DNA of 39,617 bases from a virus (IMGVR_UViG_3300048848_000258:1-39617); one strand, 5' to 3'. Shown: positions 28,378-35,818, counted from the first letter of the stretch. Translations and numbers: made by a program. Notes: generated from the sequence alone by a model not told the origin.

Positions 28378-29834
28378 GCGGCCTCGCTTTCTCTTGTCAG
28401 CACCATGTGCACGCCGGCTTCATCCGGAAGGCCAAGCAAGCCGTGCGACACCCACTCGTCGATCAGCAGCTGTGCGACGCTGTCACGCACCCCGATCTGC
28501 TGGCGCAGTTCACGCCGTGTGACATCCGCACGTCTGGCAATCCACGACTGCGCCCGTTCCCGCGCTTCGGCCGTGCGCTCGTCGAGCGTTAGTCGCGGTG
28601 TCGTCCGGCTGAAATCCTCGTCGTCGGCAACGAAGGACGCGAGCCCGAAAGAGCCGGAAAAGCCAGGGCGCAGCGAGCCCTTGTCGGCATGTTCCATCCA
28701 GTCGACCCGCCGCATCGCCGTCTCGCTGCCATAGCTACCGTCCGGCTGACGCTCCCAGACGAACCAGGCTGTGTTCATCCGGCTAGAGGCCTTTGGCCCC
28801 TCCCAGCCTTCCCGATGCATCATCGGCAAGCGCCGCTTGAACACGTAGACGCGTGCCGGCGGGTTCTCGTCCATGACGAAGGACCGCGCATCATCCTTGA
28901 AGCCGCAGAGGAAATTCAGGTTGAGAAGCATGGCTATCTTGCGCGGCCGGTGCGTTCGCAGCGCATGCGCGACGAAGTCGTTCAGCAACTCGCCATAGGG
29001 CGGGTTGGTAACGATATCCGGCCCATCGCATTCGCCTGCCGTGGTCGTCAGGAAGCTGCCGACGCTCTGAAGTTCGCCATTGCGATCAGACGTTCCACGA
29101 TCAACAAGATCCGAAAGGCGGACATCGTAGCCTGCCTCCTCAAACACCCGCGAGATCGCGCCATAGCCACAGGCCGGCTCCCACACGGTTGAGGTAAAGC
29201 GCTCAAAGGCAAGCAGAGTGCGGGTGGCGACATCGGGCGTCTGGTAGAAATTATCCCCGCGATCATCCTTCGAGGCAGATGCCGTGCCGATAGCGGCCCG
29301 CAGGTTCGCCTTCGGCGATGTTATGATCCGTTTCAGGTCCGCCTTCGTCGCCTCAGCGCCTGCCTCCCGCTTCTCGTCGAGAAAGCGCTTGATGATATCC
29401 GGATCTTGCCTGACAGCATCGCGGATCTGGCGAGCCTCAAAGATCTGCGGGCGCGTCAGCCCGATGTCGGCAACGCTTGGAATTTCAACGTTGTCGTCTG
29501 CAACCTTGAAATTTCGCCCGCCGCCATGGCCAGCGACCTCGCCACGATCGCGAGCAGCATCGTACTCGTCCGCCAGGCGCCGCTTGGCGAGCGCCTCGAT
29601 TTCCAGCGCATCCGCCTGCGTCCGGAAGATTGCCGAGACCACGTCATCATGCGCGCCCTTGGCTTTCAGCAGCCGCGCAGCCGACTTCGTTGCGTCATAA
29701 GCAAACGCCGCCTGATCGCGCGCATCAAGCACGTCGGCTGCCATGACGGCGCGCGCCAGCGTGTCGGCCGCGCGATCAACGAGCGTGCGGATTTCGCCGT
29801 GTTCAGCCGGGAGGATCTTGAGGACCTGCGCCAT
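28374..29834 (-). CDS. Amino (probably N6-adenine) DNA methyltransferase fusion protein
   Basis: NFYQTP, SAM-binding VWEPACGYGAI followed by IVTNPPY; extra helical N-terminal and winged-helix-like C-terminal domains; start ATG 29834. Confidence 0.85.
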   Translation of the reverse strand: MAQVLKILPAEHGEIRTLVDRAADTLARAVMAADVLDARDQAAFAYDATKSAARLLKAKGAHDDVVSAIFRTQADALEIEALAKRRLADEYDAARDRGEVAGHGGGRNFKVADDNVEIPSVADIGLTRPQIFEARQIRDAVRQDPDIIKRFLDEKREAGAEATKADLKRIITSPKANLRAAIGTASASKDDRGDNFYQTPDVATRTLLAFERFTSTVWEPACGYGAISRVFEEAGYDVRLSDLVDRGTSDRNGELQSVGSFLTTTAGECDGPDIVTNPPYGELLNDFVAHALRTHRPRKIAMLLNLNFLCGFKDDARSFVMDENPPARVYVFKRRLPMMHREGWEGPKASSRMNTAWFVWERQPDGSYGSETAMRRVDWMEHADKGSLRPGFSGSFGLASFVADDEDFSRTTPRLTLDERTAEARERAQSWIARRADVTRRELRQQIGVRDSVAQLLIDEWVSHGLLGLPDEAGVHMVLTRESEAA

Positions 29835-29836
29835 CG

Positions 29837-30319
29837 TCAGCCACCGAGCCGATTGATGACGCCGCGCAATGCCTTCTTGAGCCGGTGGCACTTGTCGACG
29901 ATGGTTCGCCTCTCAAGAGGGTCGATAAAGTCGTCTTCCCGCGCAGCGAAGATTTCTTCGCAAAGGGCCATAGCATTGCGGGCGATGGTATGCGCATCAG
30001 CCTCGGTGACCGTGCCTTCGGCCTCGTCGGCCGGCGCAGCCACAACGATCTGAAAACCAAGGATTTCACCGAAAGCCGTCAAGATGATCGGTGAGCCGGC
30101 GGCCCGGTCAACCTCTGCGGCGATATCGAGCGGGATCAGGGTCTCGGCATTCTCGGAATTCGTCGATGCATATTTCGATAGCTGGCTGATGCTCGCGCGC
30201 GTACGCGTGGTGACGACGCTGACGCCACCGGCAAGCCGGTAGGCGGCCTCCGTCGCCTTCTTGATGATGCGCACCTCTTCAGCGGAGATGCCACGCACAG
30301 TGTCGGATTTCAGGCGCAC
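29837..30319 (-). CDS. CII-like phage regulatory protein
   Basis: Downstream of cro; HTH-like ASISQLSKYAS, IPLDIAAEVD and DDFIDPLER motifs; GTG start uncertain. Confidence 0.7.
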   Translation of the reverse strand: MRLKSDTVRGISAEEVRIIKKATEAAYRLAGGVSVVTTRTRASISQLSKYASTNSENAETLIPLDIAAEVDRAAGSPIILTAFGEILGFQIVVAAPADEAEGTVTEADAHTIARNAMALCEEIFAAREDDFIDPLERRTIVDKCHRLKKALRGVINRLGG

Positions 30320-30442
30320 GGAAACACCCCGCAAAATGGCAAGGAAAAAAATTCGGATAAGGATTCGGTGAAGCGCGCCGGGCGGCGGCTTAGACGTTTG
30401 TCATCACATCACGGAGGGCCTTGGGCCGATGACAACCAGAAT

Positions 30443-30482
30443 GAAAAGCCACCGGAGTGCTGGAGGAAGTCACTCCGGTGGC
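30443..30482 (-). terminator. Strong hairpin/terminator downstream of cro (tR1-like)
   Basis: Perfect 12-bp stem GCCACCGGAGTG/CACTCCGGTGGC, 11-nt loop ACTTCCTCCAG, followed by TTTTCATT. Confidence 0.75.
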
Positions 30483-30536
30483 AGGTGGCAAAGCAGGCGA
30501 CGTGCCGGCTTGGCAGGGAGTTTGAATCATGGCGCT

Positions 30537-30755
30537 TCATTCGGCTGCCTCGGAATGAAGCAAGGGTCGAGGACCGAAAACATCAGGACGCAAGTCATAG
30601 CGAGAGACGCCGGTCACTCGCTCGACCTCAAGAACACGCTCAGGCGGGACCTTCTTCCACTGAGACACAGCTTGGGGGGTTACGCCTCCCAAAGCCTTAG
30701 CTAGCGCAGCGGGGCCGCCTGCCTCCTGCTTGGCCTGATCGCAAAAATTCTTCAT
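30537..30755 (-). CDS. cro: Cro-like repressor (YdaS/Cro family)
   Basis: GGPAALAKALGGVTPQAVSQW HTH and LRPDVFG; divergent from cI. Confidence 0.92.
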   Translation of the reverse strand: MKNFCDQAKQEAGGPAALAKALGGVTPQAVSQWKKVPPERVLEVERVTGVSRYDLRPDVFGPRPLLHSEAAE

Positions 30756-30762
30756 GAGTAAC

Positions 30763-30819
30763 TGAAAGCATATCTTTCAGTTTTCCGCAAGCATCTCTGT
30801 CGGTGAAAGTGACTCTTTC
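30763..30819. promoter_or_regulatory. Right operator region: three GAAAG-N5-CTTTC sites
   Basis: GAAAGCATATCTTTC 30764-30778, degenerate GCAAGCATCTCTGTC 30787-30801, GAAAGTGACTCTTTC 30805-30819 between cro and cI. Confidence 0.8.
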
Positions 30820-30837
30820 GTGCTGCATATTCCTGAA

Positions 30838-31578
30838 ATGAAAACACCTAGAAAACTTGACCCGGCACGCGGCGAGCGCATCAATCGCGTTAGAACGGAA
30901 GTGCTAAACCTAAAATCTCAGGAGGCGCTGGCGAAGCTGCTCGCCAAGGAAGGGAGGAACGTTACCAGAGGCGCAGTCGGCAACTGGGAGCAAGGCAAAG
31001 AAGTCGGCATTGAGAGCCTTACAGCGATTTGCAGGCTTTCAGGCGTCGATTTGGAATGGCTAGCTTTTGGGAAAGGAGAGATGGCGGCGGCGCCATCAAC
31101 GGAAGAGACAGCCAATAAGCGCGTCAAGTCGAATGCGAGCTTTCCGCCGATGTACCAACGCTTCGACGGTGACAGTAGCTTGCCACTGCTTGGACAGACA
31201 GTAGCAGGACCAAACGGACGTTTTATTCTGAACGGAACCGAGGTCGGCAGGGTCTTCACGCCCCCGATGTTGGAAGGTGTAGAAGGGGCGTATGCTGTCC
31301 GAGTGTATGGAACCTCAATGGAACCACGATATTTTGCGGGCGAAACAGTCTGGCTCAACCCACATGAGCCTGTTCGACAGAATGATGATGTCGTTGTCCA
31401 ACTGCTGACAGACGAAGAAAATGTAACCGAAAGCTACATCAAAAGATTCTCGTCGAAATCCTCAAGGGTTACGAGGCTGTGGCAATACAACCCCGAAGAA
31501 GGCGAGACGAACGAACTCGAATTTGACAGTGAGCGAGTTTTTACTATCCACAAGATTGTTTTTCATGCGGCAGCATAA
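30838..31578 (+). CDS. cI: CI-like repressor (XRE HTH + S24 autopeptidase)
   Basis: SQEALAK..VTRGAVGNWEQG HTH; Ala-Gly cleavage site (TVAG), catalytic Ser (GTSMEP) and Lys (YIKR). Confidence 0.95.
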   Translation: MKTPRKLDPARGERINRVRTEVLNLKSQEALAKLLAKEGRNVTRGAVGNWEQGKEVGIESLTAICRLSGVDLEWLAFGKGEMAAAPSTEETANKRVKSNASFPPMYQRFDGDSSLPLLGQTVAGPNGRFILNGTEVGRVFTPPMLEGVEGAYAVRVYGTSMEPRYFAGETVWLNPHEPVRQNDDVVVQLLTDEENVTESYIKRFSSKSSRVTRLWQYNPEEGETNELEFDSERVFTIHKIVFHAAA

Positions 31579-31829
31579 CTGTCGCCCTTCTCTATCCAAG
31601 CTGGCCTGATCGTTAAATTTCGTTTATTTGGCGGCACTTTTGGGCATTCTCTGCAGCGTATCTTTCGACATAGCTGCATGTAGTTGTGAACGCCGAGGTC
31701 CGACACCTTGGTGAGGTTTTCGCGCATAAGAACCCGTGAATGACCACAGTCATCGCACGCGACATAAATACTAGAGAGCTCGACGATCAGCCTCATTGCA
31801 TCGGGATGATTGACCGCAGGACGAGGCAT
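31563..31829 (-). CDS. Small zinc-binding protein (CxxC...CxxC), putatively SOS-regulated
   Basis: 88 aa, CDDC and CREC motifs, AGGAG RBS, LexA box just upstream, overlaps the cI 3' end by 16 bp. Confidence 0.8.
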   Translation of the reverse strand: MPRPAVNHPDAMRLIVELSSIYVACDDCGHSRVLMRENLTKVSDLGVHNYMQLCRKIRCRECPKVPPNKRNLTIRPAWIEKGDSYAAA

Positions 31830-31844
31830 GTCGAGCTCCTGTTT

Positions 31845-31859
31845 GTTCTCTTTCCGTTC
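31845..31859 (-). promoter_or_regulatory. Alphaproteobacterial LexA (SOS) box
   Basis: GTTC-TCTTTCC-GTTC on the plus strand (GAAC-N7-GAAC on minus), exact match to the alphaproteobacterial consensus, 15 bp upstream of the ATG at 31829. Confidence 0.8.
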
Positions 31860-31968
31860 ACGTTATAAAAAGCAGAAGACCGCGCAAGAGTCGATTCGAT
31901 TCTTGCGGTTTCCGATCACGAATTTTGCACGCTTGCCTTTTCCAACGCCAACCCACGGGTCCGCGTCC

Positions 31969-32018
31969 GAAAGCTTTGCTTTCTTTTCAGTTGCACAATT
32001 CAGAAAGATATGCTTTCA
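31969..32018. promoter_or_regulatory. Left operator region and putative early promoter
   Basis: GAAAGCTTTGCTTTC 31969-31983 and GAAAGATATGCTTTCA 32003-32018, the latter the exact reverse complement of 30763-30778; TTGCAC at 31991 as candidate -35. Confidence 0.78.
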
Positions 32019-32072
32019 TTGATGAAGAGATGACAATGTTTTCTGTCTTACTCTTCAACGAAGGAGCACATC

Positions 32073-32261
32073 ATGAACACCTACAATCCCGTCACGACAC
32101 GCCATGTGGCCGCCGAAATGGCCAACGCCCAGCGCGAAGCAGGTCGCAGCCTGACCAAGGCTGAGCTTATGTCCGAACTCGGCCTGACCGACGAACAGGT
32201 TACATCCAGCGCCGGCGAGGCATCCCGCCTTTTTGCTCGCAGCGAACGTCGCGCAGCCTGA
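32073..32261 (+). CDS. Small hypothetical early protein
   Basis: 62 aa, AAGGAG RBS, first gene after the left operator. Confidence 0.8.
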   Translation: MNTYNPVTTRHVAAEMANAQREAGRSLTKAELMSELGLTDEQVTSSAGEASRLFARSERRAA

Positions 32262-32327
32262 TCCTCAATCCGCTTCGGTGACCGCCCCGCATGGGGCGGC
32301 ATCCGAAACGGATGAAGGATCTCCAAC

Positions 32328-32501
32328 ATGTCCCGAGTACCTGAAGATGCGGCCGCCGCGCGGGTTCGCAGAAGCGATACTGCACCCTCCGTCCGGCGCG
32401 TCGGCGCTTTGCTTGTCATCTTTGCTGTGATCATCGGCCTTGTTCTGTTTGCCGCATTTGCGGCGCTCTTGGTCGCTGCGCTTACGGGAGGATTTTTCTG
32501 A
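32328..32501 (+). CDS. Small single-pass membrane protein (57 aa)
   Basis: AAGGA RBS; MSRVPEDAAAARVRRSDTAPSVRRVGALLVIFAVIIGLVLFAAFAALLVAALTGGFF; below the ORF-track cut-off. Confidence 0.7.
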   Translation: MSRVPEDAAAARVRRSDTAPSVRRVGALLVIFAVIIGLVLFAAFAALLVAALTGGFF

Positions 32502-32680
32502 TGGTCAGGCTCCCCCCGATCACGGGCGAAAATCATCCGTACCGCATGCAGAACCCCTGCCGCGGCATGATCATCGCGCTGCTGGGCGTCCTCTTCCTTG
32601 GCCTTATGGCAGCCGTTCCGCTGGCAACGTCCGGCATGGCACGTCAGGCTGCCTACCAACAGGCAGAGGCCCGCATATGA
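32501..32680 (+). CDS. Small single-pass membrane protein (59 aa)
   Basis: GGAGG RBS, TGATG coupling; MVRLPPITGENHPYRMQNPCRGMIIALLGVLFLGLMAAVPLATSGMARQAAYQQAEARI. Confidence 0.7.
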   Translation: MVRLPPITGENHPYRMQNPCRGMIIALLGVLFLGLMAAVPLATSGMARQAAYQQAEARI

Positions 32681-32889
32681 AGCCGGTAGATCCCCACATG
32701 CAGGCCGCACTGCTTGCCTGCTACGTTACTCCGGACGCTGAGTTTCGGCAGATCGCCGTCGCGCACGGCGTCGATCGCGAGCAGCTCCAGGAAGAGTGGT
32801 TCGACCTCGAAGAGCAGCGCCGCGCGTATCGCGCGCGTGAGGTCTGCTTACCAACGACAGCGCCGTCGAGGATGGCAGCTCATGCGTAG
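32677..32889 (+). CDS. Hypothetical protein
   Basis: ATGA coupling and GAGG RBS; MKPVDPHMQAALL... Confidence 0.65.
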   Translation: MKPVDPHMQAALLACYVTPDAEFRQIAVAHGVDREQLQEEWFDLEEQRRAYRAREVCLPTTAPSRMAAHA

Positions 32890-33169
32890 CGCTGCTCCTC
32901 AGTCCCTCCCATCGCCTGATGTCATCACGCAGAACGAGAAGAGCCTGTGCGTTGCAGCGGCGATGTCCGCGACCGAGGCGGCGACTGAACTGCTGCGGTT
33001 CGTTCGTGAAGGCGAAGGTTTGAACGGGATGTTCGAGATCGATGATCTCGTCGAGAAGCTTCTCGACGCCGCCAAGATGACGATCGACGCCATGGGCAAT
33101 CGCGAAGAGGCGGTTCGCTACGTCGATATCCACCGCGACCTCAAGCACGAACTTACGGCTTGGATTTAA
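32882..33169 (+). CDS. Hypothetical protein
   Basis: Overlapping start with GAGGA RBS; helical 95-aa product. Confidence 0.65.
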   Translation: MRSAAPQSLPSPDVITQNEKSLCVAAAMSATEAATELLRFVREGEGLNGMFEIDDLVEKLLDAAKMTIDAMGNREEAVRYVDIHRDLKHELTAWI

Positions 33170-33186
33170 CCATGAAAGAGAGCGCC

Positions 33187-33375
33187 ATGACGAGTAGCAA
33201 CGCCTGCCACGGTGACGTCGAGCGGTTATATCGCGCCATCGCTGATCGAGAGCCTACGCATGAGCTCCTGCAGCTCGTCTACGACATGTTCGGCGCAGAG
33301 TATGGTCTCCGTCCCCCGGCTCTCGAACTTCGCGTGCAGCGCCTTTGTGAAACTCAGGTGCCCCCGCATGGCTGA
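33187..33375 (+). CDS. Hypothetical protein
   Basis: Fills the operon gap and overlaps the start of the clamp gene; start could be 33172. Confidence 0.6.
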   Translation: MTSSNACHGDVERLYRAIADREPTHELLQLVYDMFGAEYGLRPPALELRVQRLCETQVPPHG

Positions 33376-34546
33376 AACGCTTTTCTCAGTGCATCGCTCG
33401 CAAATTTTCACAGCAATGCAGCACGCCGGTCGTGCCGTCAGCGGCAAAGACACCATCCCAATTCTGTCTCATGTCCTTCTGACGGCCGAAGGCGAGACGT
33501 TGCGCCTGCGCAGCACAAACCTTGATCTTCAGATCGAAGCGGAGTGCGAAGCGATGGACGTGAAGGCGGCGACATCAATTGCGCTTCCTGCTGCCCGACT
33601 TGGCGACATCCTGCGTCAGCTTCCGGAGAGTGCCGAGGTTCATTTCGAAAAAGGCCGGCTCAATCACCAGGTTGGAATTCGCGCCGGCCGTTCCGTGTTC
33701 AACCTGTCGTATCTTCCTGCCGTCGATATGCCTGACATGTCGCCGCGTCACGGGTTCGAATGGACCGAGATCAACGGTGCGGCGCTCGCGGAGGCCATTG
33801 CGAAGTCGAGTTATGCGGACAGCAAGCTGAAAGACCGGCCTTTCCTTGAGGGAATGTGCATTCGCTCCGGGGAAGACGGAACTGGCATTGAGGTCTGCTG
33901 TCTGGACGGCTTGTCGCTTGCTCGTATTCGCCTACCGGACGCTGGATCTCCCCGGTTTCCGGAGAAGCTCGACAGCTACCCGCATGTGCTCTTGCCGATG
34001 AACACCGTGACGGCGGTTCACAAGCTCTTTGATGATGCCAAGCGGCCTGCCGAAATGGCCACCACTGACACGATGGTCGGCTTCCGCTTCGATGGGGTCG
34101 AGATCCGCTCGAAGCTGCTTGACTACGTATATCCGCTTTACGAGAAGGCGATCCCGCCGCGAACCGATACGACGATCATTGTATCGCGGGAAACGCTCCT
34201 TGGCGCCGTGAAGCGGGTTTGCGCTGTCGGTATCAACATGACCGGCCAGAAGCATCGCGATGGGGTTCGCATCAAGGTCCAAAACGGGCAGATCCGCATT
34301 GACCTCCTGAACGAGGAGGGCGGCTACGCCGAAGACTACATCTCTGCTGAGATCACCGCTCCCGAAGGCTTCACAATCGCATGTGATGCCGCGCTGTTTG
34401 AGCGCACCCTGTCCGCCATCAAGGCCACTGATGTCGAGTTGGTCGTAACAGATACGGCGACGGCCTTTCGTGTCGAGCCCATCGGCCGCTCCACAGAGAC
34501 GCACATACTGATGCCGCTCAGGCCTCGCTTTGCGGCGGTGGACTGA
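33368..34546 (+). CDS. dnaN: DNA polymerase III beta sliding clamp homolog
   Basis: TIPILSHVLL, LRSTNLDLQI, RPFLEG, DGLSLA, SKLLDYVYPLY and terminal ILMPLR motifs; 392 aa, full three-domain length. Confidence 0.92.
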   Translation: MAETLFSVHRSQIFTAMQHAGRAVSGKDTIPILSHVLLTAEGETLRLRSTNLDLQIEAECEAMDVKAATSIALPAARLGDILRQLPESAEVHFEKGRLNHQVGIRAGRSVFNLSYLPAVDMPDMSPRHGFEWTEINGAALAEAIAKSSYADSKLKDRPFLEGMCIRSGEDGTGIEVCCLDGLSLARIRLPDAGSPRFPEKLDSYPHVLLPMNTVTAVHKLFDDAKRPAEMATTDTMVGFRFDGVEIRSKLLDYVYPLYEKAIPPRTDTTIIVSRETLLGAVKRVCAVGINMTGQKHRDGVRIKVQNGQIRIDLLNEEGGYAEDYISAEITAPEGFTIACDAALFERTLSAIKATDVELVVTDTATAFRVEPIGRSTETHILMPLRPRFAAVD

Positions 34547-34548
34547 CG

Positions 34549-35067
34549 ATGAACTCGCAAGCGCCGTCCGAAAATCAGAAACGCATGAATGCTCTTCGGC
34601 GCAGCGTCGATGGCGCCATGCAGGATTGGACGATCGAGGTCGATCACACCGGCACATATGTCGTCGCGTCAGACGGGCCGAACAGCGAGCGCGTGTTTCG
34701 GATTGAGGATGGCGCGAGCTTTGAGAACAGGGAGCTTGCTCTGGGCGCCGTTGGTTTCCTGCTGTTCCTGTTGAAAATGTACGATGCCGTAGTGACACGT
34801 TTTGTGCCGAAGCGCCCGGCGCAAACTCAGGAAAAGCGAGCCGCGAACTACGCTGCTGAGTGCGCAATGAAGTGTGAGGACAGGAAATTCCGGGAGTACC
34901 TCCACGTCTGCCACGGCGTAGATGTCTCGGACTCGAAGCGTATTGTTACGCGCGTTCGCTCCGTTCTCGGCATCAGCTCGCGAACCGAGCTCAACAGCGA
35001 CCCTAAGGCGGCTGCCCGCTGGCGACAGTTGGTCGGCGATGCCGATGCATGGGGGCGAAGCAATTGA
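34549..35067 (+). CDS. Hypothetical phage protein
   Basis: 172 aa; C-terminal VRSVLGISSRTELN..AAARW pattern; in operon. Confidence 0.75.
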   Translation: MNSQAPSENQKRMNALRRSVDGAMQDWTIEVDHTGTYVVASDGPNSERVFRIEDGASFENRELALGAVGFLLFLLKMYDAVVTRFVPKRPAQTQEKRAANYAAECAMKCEDRKFREYLHVCHGVDVSDSKRIVTRVRSVLGISSRTELNSDPKAAARWRQLVGDADAWGRSN

Positions 35068-35417
35068 CCCTTCCTCGGCGAGAAATCATCCAGGCGAAAA
35101 TCATGGCGCGGGTCCGCGTCGACGAGGATACGGGCTGCTGGATCTGGACCGGGCCGACGTCCGGCGAAGACGGCCGCGGTGCAGGCTATCCACGCATGAG
35201 CCTCGCAGGGCAAACCGTGGCAGTCCACAAGGTCATGTGGACCAACGAGCACGGATACATTCCGGGCAAGAAAGAGCTCGATCACAAGTGCCGCAATCGG
35301 CTGTGCGTCCGCCCCGACAATCGAGATCACGTCGAACTGGTCACGCGCAAGCGCAATGCGCTGAGGCGCGAGGCAGCGAAGCGCATTTTGAAATGTACTG
35401 AGGAGACCGCACGATGA
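35064..35417 (+). CDS. HNH endonuclease
   Basis: GCWIWTG, GYP, VHK and LDHKCRNRLCVRP..H..N motifs; TTG start coupled to the upstream stop (alternative ATG 35049). Confidence 0.88.
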   Translation: MTLPRREIIQAKIMARVRVDEDTGCWIWTGPTSGEDGRGAGYPRMSLAGQTVAVHKVMWTNEHGYIPGKKELDHKCRNRLCVRPDNRDHVELVTRKRNALRREAAKRILKCTEETAR

Positions 35418-35818
35418 AGAGATTTGCTGATGAGGTCGCGTTGGAGATGGCGGGAAAGGCCGTCTTCGACGTCATGGATCACGATGGGCCGATCGGAAGC
35501 GATCGCCCTGAATGGGTGACGTGCGCCAAGACGCCAAGGCAGGAAGCGGCAAGGCGCTATGCGAGCGCTGCGCTTAGTGCCGCGACCCCATCGCCCCAGG
35601 CAGATGTGGTGGGACTTGAGGCCATTGGAGAGATCAACTCCAGCGGCACCCTCACATGGTTCAACCCACCGATCAGGCGTGGCACGAAGCTCTATGCGGC
35701 TCCAGGCTCCACGCTGAAGCCTAGAGAGATCGAATGCGTCTGCAAGCGCGCCATCTGCACCTACGACCACGACTTCGGTTGCGGCCTGGATCGGTCGAAG
35801 GAGCGCCACGATGTCTGA
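35414..35818 (+). CDS. Hypothetical protein
   Basis: GAGGAG RBS, ATGA coupling; Cys-rich C-terminus. Confidence 0.7.
   Translation: MKRFADEVALEMAGKAVFDVMDHDGPIGSDRPEWVTCAKTPRQEAARRYASAALSAATPSPQADVVGLEAIGEINSSGTLTWFNPPIRRGTKLYAAPGSTLKPREIECVCKRAICTYDHDFGCGLDRSKERHDV

Noticed and set aside
26088-29834. Restriction-modification system
   Set aside because: No restriction endonuclease adjacent; the two HNH genes have packaging-type and free-standing contexts
30390-30540. Short minus-strand ORFs between cro and the CII-like gene (43-46 aa)
   Set aside because: They run through the strong hairpin and show no recognisable motif; translation cannot be supported
33166-33173. TTAACCAT as a CtrA site
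   Set aside because: Only a half site, coinciding with a stop codon and start context; no TTAA-N7-TTAA
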